Positions 11,578 to 20,389 of a stretch of 20,389 bases of DNA are shown here, in pieces (position 1 is the first letter of the stretch; each line of letters starts with the position of its first letter). A program made the translations under genes and the position numbers. The notes under the pieces were generated by a model. It saw only the letters and a list, made by a program, of their open reading frames with translations. It searched no databases and was not told the DNA's origin. The stretch lies in assembly GCA_030141605.1 (NCBI GenBank), contig JAQGDQ010001934.1:1-20389 (forward strand), read 5' to 3'. Source of the stretch: Tubiluchus corallicola (Eukaryota; Animalia; Priapulida).

Positions 11578-11890
11578 CTTGATTTCGTAACTGCTTGTGC
11601 TCTCTTATACAACACACGCTTTATATGAGAAAAAAAAGAAAGTACTTATGGTGTAGTAGTCATTATATAATAAATGTACTTGTTTGTTGTACGTTGCTTA
11701 TATAAAACACTTGATTTCGTAACTGCTTGTGCTCTGTTATACAACACACGCTTTATATGAGTACAAAAGAAAGTACTTATGGCGTACCAACCGTTATATA
11801 ATAAATATACTTTATTGTTGTACATTGCTTATATAAAAACACTTGATTCCGTAACTGCTTGTGGTCTGTTATACAACACACGTTTTATAT
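11578..11890. repeat. 132-bp tandem repeat, ~2.4 copies
   Basis: cttgatt.cgtaactgcttgtg.tct.ttatacaacacacg at 11578, 11710, 11842. Confidence 0.92.
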
Positions 11891-12888
11891 AAATATGAAA
11901 GCGTAAATATTTACCTAGAAGATTAAGAATCTTTAACACGGAGCCCATAAATTGTAAATCTTGTTTAAATAATGTGAAAACTATGGCATCCCATTCGTTC
12001 TGTAACAACATATACTTGTGTTAATTTCAAAGTATGCAGTTTAACCAGGACCCGCGCCACTTATTGTTTATTATTGTTTATTTACTTCACATCAACATCA
12101 TCATCAATAATTCAATGAATAACAAACAGTAAGATACATAATAGGAAACAAATTTTGTAAAAATGATTTAAACTGTCTTTAGACGTAAGCCAACCTATGG
12201 TAAACAAAGATAGTGATATCGCTCCTTTAATACTGGTGTCTATACAAGCATCATTATGTACAGCATCATTACCAATATATTAACTTGACTCTCAAAACAC
12301 TGTGGGGTTGAAAGATAAACAAGAGAATTATCGCTGTTGTATGTTGCTTAGTAAATTCGTATACAGTTTACTTTGAGCACATAACTAGTTTAGATATATC
12401 ATAGTTTAGGTTTGCTATATATGCAAATGTAAATGTGTTGTGGGCAATCAAAAAGCAGGGCTTGTTGGATTGTCCCACACTGTGAAAGATAAAAAAAAGA
12501 AGTAATAAAAATTATCTGAAAATTTGAAGTGAAGCGTATGATAAAGAAAACATTAGTGCTACAGAATGGAATGGTGTAATGAATGAAGCTCATATATGAG
12601 ATGATATAAAAGATAGATAGTTAAGATCACATAATAGACAAAGATAGAGGAAAAGAGAAAAGAAATGAAATAGAAAGGAGTTCAAAGTTTTTCAGTGTGG
12701 CCATGATCCTGGTGATTTACTAGCGCTGATGCTGCGTAGAATTTTATACAATGCGCACGTAATCAGCGTTCAATGAAAGCCCCCCCCCCCTCCGCGAAGA
12801 AATTTGATTGATTAGATTTGCTTAAAAGGTACTTTGTATAGAGAGTCTGTATTCGGTTTGACATAAATGCACTTTTTCGTGCGTGATG

Positions 12889-12956
12889 TGTGCAGTGCAC
12901 GACTGCCTGTTCAATGGCTTCGCTGTGCAGTGCACGACTGCTTGTTCAATGGCTTC
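12889..12956. repeat. 35-bp tandem duplication
   Basis: tgtgcagtgcacgactgc.tgttcaatggcttc at 12889 and 12924. Confidence 0.85.
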
Positions 12957-13124
12957 AGCTAATGGCTTCAAATTGCACAACCTTCTCCTTCATTGAATTT
13001 CGATGAATTTAAAGGAAATTCTGCTGGCAGGTGCTGGATGTTGTCGTGAATGTCCTGCGAGTATGGCTTCGTTTTCGTCTGCGCGTAGATTGAAGCCGGG
13101 CTTCTCAGGCTAGCAAAGATTCTC

Positions 13125-14373
13125 TTAAAGAAAAACCGGACGATTGTGTAAACATTAGTCCAGAATAAAGAATGCTGTAAAATATTGAAAACTACAATAG
13201 CTTTTTTTAAACCAAAGCTTAGATTAAATAATAATTACCTCAGATACTCAAATTTCGTTAGACTCGGTGAATCTATTAAGATTGGCAACGGCGCCTTTTG
13301 TCACGTGCGCGTGGCTGACAAATAGAAAGCGGTATCGTGATAACCATTATAGTAAACTGCAGTGTTAGCTTCTGACGTCATATGACGTAGAGCCCATTTT
13401 CGTGACATTTCGCGTTTAAGCAGTAACGCTTACACAAACGTGTTGACGCACAAGCTCGTACCATTGCACAAACTGTGATTAGTTTCTGACGTAAGCAATA
13501 GCTGTGTTCGGTTGCCGTTAATTAACTTTCTAAGCTAATTATTCAAATGTAAGGAACAATTGTTAACTTTCATAGGCAAGAAAATGTATATTTTGTTCAG
13601 TAAATTAAAATGAGATTGAGTCTAAACGATAACAATCGTCTGATCTTCATTTAAAGGGCAAGAGAAGCAAATTTTAAAGCATGTCCACAAAAACCTATAT
13701 CAGCTAGCATTACGCTTGTCATGCTTGAAAACTTACATAACTAAAAAAGAAAATTTTTAGTACTTTAAAATGTTTGCTCAAACTGGTAAAATGACACTGG
13801 CTCACCTTCCCAGTGTGCACCACTGATTCACTAAAAGTGTATTTTTGATCTTATTGAAAACACTTGTACTTTTGCTTAGTTAGTGATCTAACTCTAACAG
13901 TGCGCTACTCTGATCACTTTTTCAAACTTTGCGCAATGTTGTCTGAATTTGTTTCAAACGACTTACCGTTGAAATGGCTGTGCCAACTAGTAATCACGGG
14001 AGTTTAATTTACAAGTTTTATACAGCGTTGCTGCTAACGTGAGCACTGTGCACAATAAGACAGTTTAAATAATTAAGTCTAGTTACATAAGTCTTTCCGA
14101 CAGGTAAGCGAAATATTAAGTCATTTAACTTCGCCTGGAAAGTTTTTTGGGACATATTTTAACATTGCCTTTTCATCCCCTGATTTATGTTGTGCGTATA
14201 TGACGTCATGTAATAGCGCGGTCGGAACAGTACTGTGAGAGATTTAAAACGAAAACAAACAAAAATTCCTTTCAATGCGAGTACGATGTACGCATAAAAA
14301 TGCTATAAAGTAATATAATTTTTAAGGCGATTTTTCTAAAACCTACTTCAGGTACCTCTTTTCTTGTCCTTAG
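13125..14373 (+). mobile_element. Longer relative of the same TTAA/Kolobok-like family, copy B
   Basis: Starts TTAAAGAAAAACCGGAC (cf. TTAAGACAAAACCGGAC). Patchy left-end similarity to copy A (ataattacc...aatttc, cattgcacaaa, ttagtttctgacgta). The right ~165 bp strongly match 2482-2667 and end ttttcttgtccttag. Confidence 0.5.
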
Positions 14374-14395
14374 TACTTGCTGTACCCACAATTAA

Positions 14396-14748
14396 CCCTT
14401 TCAGTCCCAAATTATTTTTTTAATAAGAAAAAAATTTAAAAACACAACAAAAGCAAAAAATGTGCTTCATTTTGCAACTGCTGATAATTTTTTAAAGTAT
14501 TTAAGACATTTAGTATGCACGCTATGCTGATCTGTACAAAGTCGTCTCTAAAGTACTGTACCTCGCACAGTTTTTTATGCTACGTAGATTTTCTAGTTTG
14601 CCATTTTATCACCATTTTTAGACTATTGTTATTGGCTTAAATCAAAATAACTATTAACAGATCAAATAACTGTCAGTTTTAAAATTTTATTAATTTTAAA
14701 GGCAGAAAATATTCTCGTATCCCACGGGATACAATGGGTATGAAAGGG
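14396..14748. mobile_element. piggyBac-type MITE (353 bp) with TTAA target-site duplication
   Basis: TTAA|CCCTTTCAGTCCCA ... TGGGTATGAAAGGG|TTAA (14-bp TIR, 2 mismatches; TSDs 14392-14395 and 14749-14752). CCC...GGG ends plus TTAA are the piggyBac hallmark. Confidence 0.85.
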
Positions 14749-15221
14749 TTAACACCATTGGCGTACGAATTTGGTTATATTTTTAGTTTTTAGTGTAATG
14801 CACAGTGACTGTCCTGTCTGTTTATATTCCCTCTCACTAGTGTCAGTTACAAATTAACACGCACAAACTTAGATTTTTTCAAGTTTTCACGAGTTCTTGT
14901 TTGTGATAAAGGCGCTTTCACACGCCTCGAGGCTACTACCACTGTGCGTCTTTTTGGATCGTTGAACTCTCAGAGAGCTGCGATTTTAAGTGGAGTTTCT
15001 GTTCAAACTTGAAGCCGTGGCTTGTCACGAAATCTGAAAACATGTCAGCGCCTTGCTTGCTAAGATGTTACAGATGCTCGTCAAAGAAACAACACGCGGC
15101 TTCATTAGAGAATCCATTCCCTCTTATATGAACATTTATAACGGAAAGATGAGGAGACAGGGTGATTCTTCATCAACTACCCCATTTTCAAGTACGATAA
15201 AAATATACATTTTAACACCAG

Positions 15222-15630
15222 TAATACAAGAAAGGTGTTTCTGATAATTAAATACTAAATTAAAAATTTAACTAACGAAAGGCGAACCCAACTAATTACG
15301 ACATCACAAACGAACTAAAGCTTGTACTAGAACTAAGCACGTTTTAAGATAAAATTCAAATTTAAAATTTACCGCTGTGCTCACGCATGAGCTGTCGAAC
15401 GTGTGTACTACTTCGCAAAGTAACACCTCTAAACTGAGAGGTACAGCACCTGTTTTTGTGCAATGCGTTTCCGGAATGCAGGCGCTAGTGCCCGTCTAAT
15501 TAGCGAACGGCAAAACGCATGTAAACAGCAAAGAACTAGTGGTGCGAACTGGTGGTAATAATTTTTTCACGTAAGTCATTTTTGAAGAAAAAATGGTATG
15601 TTTACCTTCAATATTTTAAAAAGTAGATTG
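15222..15630 (-). mobile_element. Inverted fragment of the same family, copy C
   Basis: Reverse complement aligns to ~1921-2430 (e.g. ctcatgcgtgagcacagcggtaaattt, gcattgcacaaaaa, tttaattatcagaaac) but lacks ~2240-2335. Confidence 0.8.
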
Positions 15631-16500
15631 TGCCTTTTGCCTGTTGTTTATGCCTTTTGCCTGTTGTTTATACATTTTGCCTGTTTTTTATGCCTTTTGC
15701 CTGTTGTTTATGCCTTTTGCCTGTTGTTTATGCCTTTTACCTGTTGTTTATGCCTTTTAGCTGTTGTATATGACTGTTGCCTGTTGTTTATGCCTTTTGT
15801 CTGTTGTTTATGACTTTTACCTGTTGTTTATGCGTTTTACCTGTTGTTTATGACTTTCGTCTGTTGTTTATGACTTTTACCTGTTGTTTATGCCTTTTAC
15901 GTGTTGTTTATGCCTTTTGCCTGTTGTTTATGCCTTTTGCCCATTGTTTATGCCTTTTGCCTGTTGTTTATGCCTTTTGCCCGTTGTTTATGTCTTTTGC
16001 CTGTTGTTTATGCCTTTTACCTGTTGTTTATGCCTTTTAGCTGTTGTATATGACTGTTGCCTGTTGTTTATGCCTTTTGTCTGTTGTTTATGACTTTTAC
16101 CTGTTGTTTATGCCTTTTGCCTGTTGTTTATGCCTTTTGCCTGTTGTTTATGCCTTTTACCTGTTGTTTATGCCTTTTAGCTGTTGTATATGACTGTTGC
16201 CTGTTGTTTATGCCTTTTGTCTGTTGTTTATGACTTTTACCTGTTGTTTATGCGTTTTACCTGTTGTTTATGACTTTCGTCTGTTGTTTATGACTTTTAC
16301 CTGTTGTTTATGCCTTTTACGTGTTGTTTATGCCTTTTGCCTGTTGTTTATGCCTTTTGCCCATTGTTTATGCCTTTTGCCTGTTGTTTATGCCTTTTGC
16401 CCGTTGTTTATGTCTTTTGCCTGTTGTTTATGCCTTTTGCCCGTTGTTTATGTCTTTTGCCTGTTGTTTATGCCTTTTGCCTGTTGTTTATGCCTTTTAC
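15631..16500. repeat. 20-bp minisatellite, ~43 copies
   Basis: Unit ctgttgtttatgccttttgc with no indels across 870 bp; explains the C/L/F-rich ORFs 15598-16622. Confidence 0.98.
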
Positions 16501-16819
16501 TTGTTATTTGTTCACTATCGTATTCGGTAGCAGTTGTTTATGTTGATGAAATGGAATCAAATTATGAAATTCTTAAAATATATTTATTTATTTATGCACA
16601 TATAATGTTCCTTTACATGTAATATATACAGGGTAATTAATGATACTGACATCGATATGTACATTACGTTCAGAGGGACTTTCGGAAGGAGATTCTAGCT
16701 CTTTAGAAAGAGGAAGGACAGTACTACACGACGATGTGGGCTATATTTTAGGACACGTCCACCAAGAGGAGTGCCGACGAGTTAATTAGATGTTCTATTT
16801 TTGGCAATTTTCGCTTAGA

Positions 16820-17013
16820 AAACTGCTGACGCAAAGCCATTGTTCTGACGTCATCCATTATACTCTGTCTGTAACCTTATAACTTTAATTCAGTAAAAGC
16901 TGCTGCTGCTGGCATTGCGTGAGATAAACAAACGAACACTAGGTAGGATGTTTGCGCCTTGTTGATTGTAAGTGTATTTATGCGCAAAATGTTTTGCAGG
17001 ACCTTTGCTAGTT
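16820..17013 (+). repeat. Dispersed repeat R, copy 2 (upstream of exon B)
   Basis: Direct copy of 6943-7112 with three small insertions. Confidence 0.9.
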
Positions 17014-17435
17014 ATGTTATTAATACCGAATATAATATTATTTTCATTAATGTCATCATGTGTGAAAGGTTCAATTACATGTTCATTTTACAAAGCCCAG
17101 AATAGAATGTAGGTTATTAAGTTAACAGGTTCTATAAACACAAGTATGTTAGTTCATTTGTGTCCTAATACGGTTTGTTGCAGGTACAAATGTTTTGGTC
17201 CATTACCCCTTCCCAAGGTAGTATATGCATTAGAAGCCACAATATATTAGACTGTAGTTCAACAAGCTAGACTACTTTTTCTACTCTGACATTTTATAGG
17301 TGAACTTTGTTATGTACACACGTCTCTGTTACATTTAAAATTTGACTTGCAATTATGCTGCTACTGCTGCCTTTTACTGACATTCTGGCCTCTTCTGGGC
17401 TCAATATTGGACCAACATTGTATGTATGCATTTTA

Positions 17436-17709
17436 GCATAAGTAAGTAAAATCCACGTAAAACAACTGAAGTTACTGAACTGTGCGGCAGACGGCTTTGC
17501 TGTACACACACGTCACTATGCACAGATTAATGCATAAGTAAGTAAAATCCATGTTAAACAACTGAAGTTACTGAACCGTGCGGCAGACGACTTTGCTTTA
17601 TATGCACGACACGTGACGGCTGCAGCTAAGACGCGTTGCTATGCTACACTTAACCTTTGACCTACAGCAACTGCCCCGTGCGCATGAGCAGATTTCGAAA
17701 AGGCTTATT
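17436..17709 (+). mobile_element. Right-end fragment of the same MITE family (mirrored at ~19735-20010)
   Basis: Aligns with ~7760-7946 and ends GAAAAGGCTTATT; carries its own ~96-bp tandem duplication (17436 / 17532). Confidence 0.8.
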
Positions 17710-17782
17710 AGCTTGGAATTTCCTCTTTATGTAACATAAATTTGCATCACTGTGGCTTCTCATTTTTCCTCCTCCCTTACAG

Positions 17783-17921
17783 GTACATGTACTGCAGCGG
17801 AGGTAAGTCAGTGCTTCCCCTGTCAGCTCAGAAACAGGAGGAGAAGTTCAACGAAGAGAAGGTCGCCCCCACGACGGTAATCACCTGTGAGTCTAAGCCA
17901 ATTGAGCAAGTAAGACAAATG
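17783..17921 (+). CDS. SLC24A: Probable next exon B of the same SLC24/NCKX gene (start of the hydrophilic cytoplasmic loop)
   Basis: Strong polypyrimidine acceptor ttttcctcctcccttacAG (17781-17782). Joining to exon A gives TG+G = Trp and an open frame (W)YMYCSGGKSVLPLSAQKQEEKFNEEKVAPTTVITCESKPIEQVRQM. Donor ATG|GTGAGT at 17922. GC-richer than its flanks. The 3' end is uncertain because several donors are possible. Confidence 0.7.
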
Positions 17922-17986
17922 GTGAGTTGGCATGGAAGTGGATTTAGTTTAACTGGCAGGATGTGGAGATTTGCCTCATTCATTGC

Positions 17987-18306
17987 CATATTTAGATATG
18001 AAGCCACTTAATTCAGAAACCATATTTAGATATGTAGCCACTTAATTCAGAAACCATATTTAGATATGAAGCCACTTGGTTCAGAAACCATATTTAGATA
18101 TGAAGCCACTTAATTCAGAAACCATATTTAGATATGTAGCCACTTAATTCAGAAACCATATTTAGATATGAAGCCACTTAATTCAGAAACCATATTTAGA
18201 TATGAAGCCACTTGGTTCAGAAACCATATTTAGATATGAAGCCACTTAATTCAGAAACCATATTTAGATATGAAGCCACTTAATTCAGAAACCATATTTA
18301 GATATA
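17987..18306 (+). repeat. 34-bp minisatellite, 9 full copies plus a partial (left arm)
   Basis: Unit catatttagatatgaagccacttaattcagaaac with gtag and tggt variants. Confidence 0.97.
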
Positions 18307-19102
18307 AAAAGCCAGATTGAAGCCAAATTATTTGGTAAACAAGTTGATTTGAAAAAATTTTTACAATGTGGGCGGAGCTTTATCATAAGGTGACAAGCTT
18401 CTGATGAAAACTCCAAGTTTTTCTAATAGCTGTTCAAAAATTATCTTCTAAATGAGCAAGCAAAATGTATTGCTGATGTAGTATATTTTCAGTTACTTGT
18501 TTCCAAACTTCCCTCTACCCTCCTATCCTGCGTGGACAAATGATAAAAGTTGTTCTCTATATAGATTTCGTCATTATCTGACTTAAATTTGTCGATCAAA
18601 GGTCAAGTTTTCTTGGAAGCAAAGTTCGAGGTCAGATCTACTAAATATTTCACGTATTTGTGATCAAGGCATGTCATAGATATACAAACATGAACGTCTG
18701 TGTTGGCTTTTTAACTCTGCTCTTGTCATCGAAGTCCCTAAAGGCCTAAACTATACTTCTTGGGGTGTCTGCTACAAAGAAATTTGCAGATAAGAGGTCA
18801 AAGTTCAAGGTTGGCCACTTTAAAGTGTCGCCTTTGTGGTCAAGAAGCTATTAGCATTAGCCTCACCAAACCTGGCGAGGATATTCAACTTGGGGTGAGG
18901 AAGTTTGGAAACAAGTAACTGAAAATATACTACATCAGCAATACATTTTGCTTGCTCATTTAGAAGATAATTTTTGAACAGCTATTGAAAAAAACTTGGA
19001 GTTTTCATCAGAAGCTTGTCACCTTATAATAAAGCTCCGCCCACATTGTAAAAATTTTTCAAATCAACTTGTTTACCAAATAATTTGACTTATTTGGCTT
19101 TT

Positions 19103-19458
19103 TATATCTAAATATGGTTTCTGAACCAAGTGGCTTCATATCTAAATATGGTTTCTGAATTAAGTGGCTTCATATCTAAATATGGTTTCTGAATTAAGTG
19201 GCTACATATCTAAATATGGTTTCTGAATTAAGTGGCTTCATATCTAAATATGGTTTCTGAACCAAGTGGCTTCATATCTAAATATGGTTTCTGAATTAAG
19301 TGGCTTCATATCTAAATACGGTTTCTGAATTAAGTGGCTACATATCTAAATATGGTTTCTGAATTAAAAGTGGCTTCATATCTAAATATGGTTTCTGAAC
19401 CAAGTGGCTTCATATCTAAATACGGTTTCTGAATTAAGTGGCTTCATATCTAAATATG
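19103..19458 (-). repeat. 34-bp minisatellite, 10 full copies plus a partial (right arm)
   Basis: Reverse complement of the same unit; one copy is 36 bp. Confidence 0.97.
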
Positions 19459-19523
19459 GCAATGAATGAGGCAAATCTCCACATCCTGCCAGCTAAACTA
19501 AATCCACTTCCATGCCAACTCAC

Positions 19524-19662
19524 CATTTGTCTTACTTGCTCAATTGGCTTAGACTCACAGGTGATTACCGTCGTGGGGGCGACCTTCTCTTCGTTGAACT
19601 TCTCCTCCTGTTTCTGAGCTGACAGGGGAAGCACAGACTTACCTCCGCTGCAGTACATGTAC
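19524..19662 (-). CDS. Inverted copy of exon B (antisense pseudo-exon, paralog, or allelic copy)
   Basis: Reverse complement of 17783-17921 with intact AG/GT sites and identical peptide; I see one synonymous change (TCA vs TCT, Ser). Confidence 0.6.
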
Positions 19663-20389
19663 CTGTAAGGGAGGAGGAAAAATGAGAAGCCACAGTGATG
19701 CAAATTTATGTTACATAAAGAGGAAATTCCAAGCTAATAAGCCTTTTCGAAATCTGCTCATGCGCACGTGGCAGTTGCTGTAGGTCAAAGGTTGAGTGTA
19801 GCATAGCAACGCGTCTTAGCTGCAGCCGTCACGTGTCGTGCGTATAAAGCAAAGCCGTCTGCCACATGGTTCAGTAACTTCAGTTGTTTTACGTGGACTT
19901 TACTTACTTATGCATTAATCTGTGCATAGTGACGTGTGTGTCAAATCAAAGCCGTCTGCCGCACGGTTCAGTAACTTCAGTTGTTTTACGTGGATTTTAC
20001 TTACTAATGCTAAAATGCATACATACAATGTTGGTCCAATATTTAGCCCAGAAGAGGCCAGAATGTCAGTAAAAGGCAGCAGTAGTAGCATAATTACAAG
20101 TCAAATTTTAAATGTAACAGAGACGTGTGTACATAACAAAGTTCACTATAAAATGTCAGAGTAGAAAAAGTAGTTTAGCTTGTTGAACTACAGTCTAATA
20201 TATTGTTGTTCTAATCGTATACTACCTTGGGAAGGGGTAATGGACCAAAACATTTGTATCCTGCGACAATATTAGGGCACAAATGAACTAACATACTTGT
20301 GTTTATAGACCTGTTAACTTAATACCTACATTCTATTTTGGGCTTTGTAAAATGAACATGTAATTGAAGTTTTCTGTCATGGTTTGGCC

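Larger units (their letters stand above)
17070..20368. repeat. Large inverted repeat: arms 17070-18512 and 18899-20368, spacer 18513-18898
   Basis: ttcaattacatgttcattttacaaagccca...gtttccaaacttcc is mirrored by ggaagtttggaaac...tgggctttgtaaaatgaacatgtaattgaa. ORF-track entries 17742+ and 19434- are near-identical. Confidence 0.97.

Noticed and set aside
11009-12230. TTAAAGGA...TCCTTTAA as another Kolobok-like element
   Set aside because: The inverted match is only 8 bp including TTAA, which is expected by chance in AT-rich DNA.
15598-16622. Cys/Leu/Phe-rich ORFs
   Set aside because: Products of the 20-bp minisatellite.
16674-16790. Purine-rich stretch as an extra SLC24 exon
   Set aside because: Weak acceptor; joining to exon A creates TGA and the required frame has a further stop.
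17987-19458. 34-bp repeats as a CRISPR array
   Set aside because: Units are contiguous with no unique spacers, there are no cas genes, and the context is a eukaryotic intron.
17436-20010. Exon captured inside a Pack-type transposon bounded by MITE ends
   Set aside because: The MITE bodies point away from the exon and are simply part of the duplicated arms, so the exon lies outside the elements.

Overview
AT-rich, repeat-dense eukaryotic DNA, most likely an invertebrate animal; the species cannot be identified from the sequence. The window lies inside a large-intron, + strand gene of the K+-dependent Na+/Ca2+ exchanger family (SLC24/NCKX). Two splice-phase-compatible exons are visible: 8035-8225 (transmembrane segment, ...WRPLIRD...MKFN...) and 17783-17921 (probably the start of the cytoplasmic loop). 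The second exon and about 1.45 kb of flank are duplicated as an inverted repeat (17070-18512 vs 18899-20368, ~386-bp spacer), leaving an intact antisense exon copy at 19524-19662. The remainder is intron filled with LINE 3' fragments, non-autonomous DNA transposons (piggyBac-type MITE, a TIR MITE, a TTAA/Kolobok-like family) and micro/minisatellites (56-, 34- and 20-bp units). Nearly all long ORFs in the supplied track are repeat artefacts. Main leads: the exon-containing palindrome (real or a haplotype mis-join), the repeat architecture shared upstream of both exons, and a U1-like CUUACCU minisatellite starting right after a splice donor.
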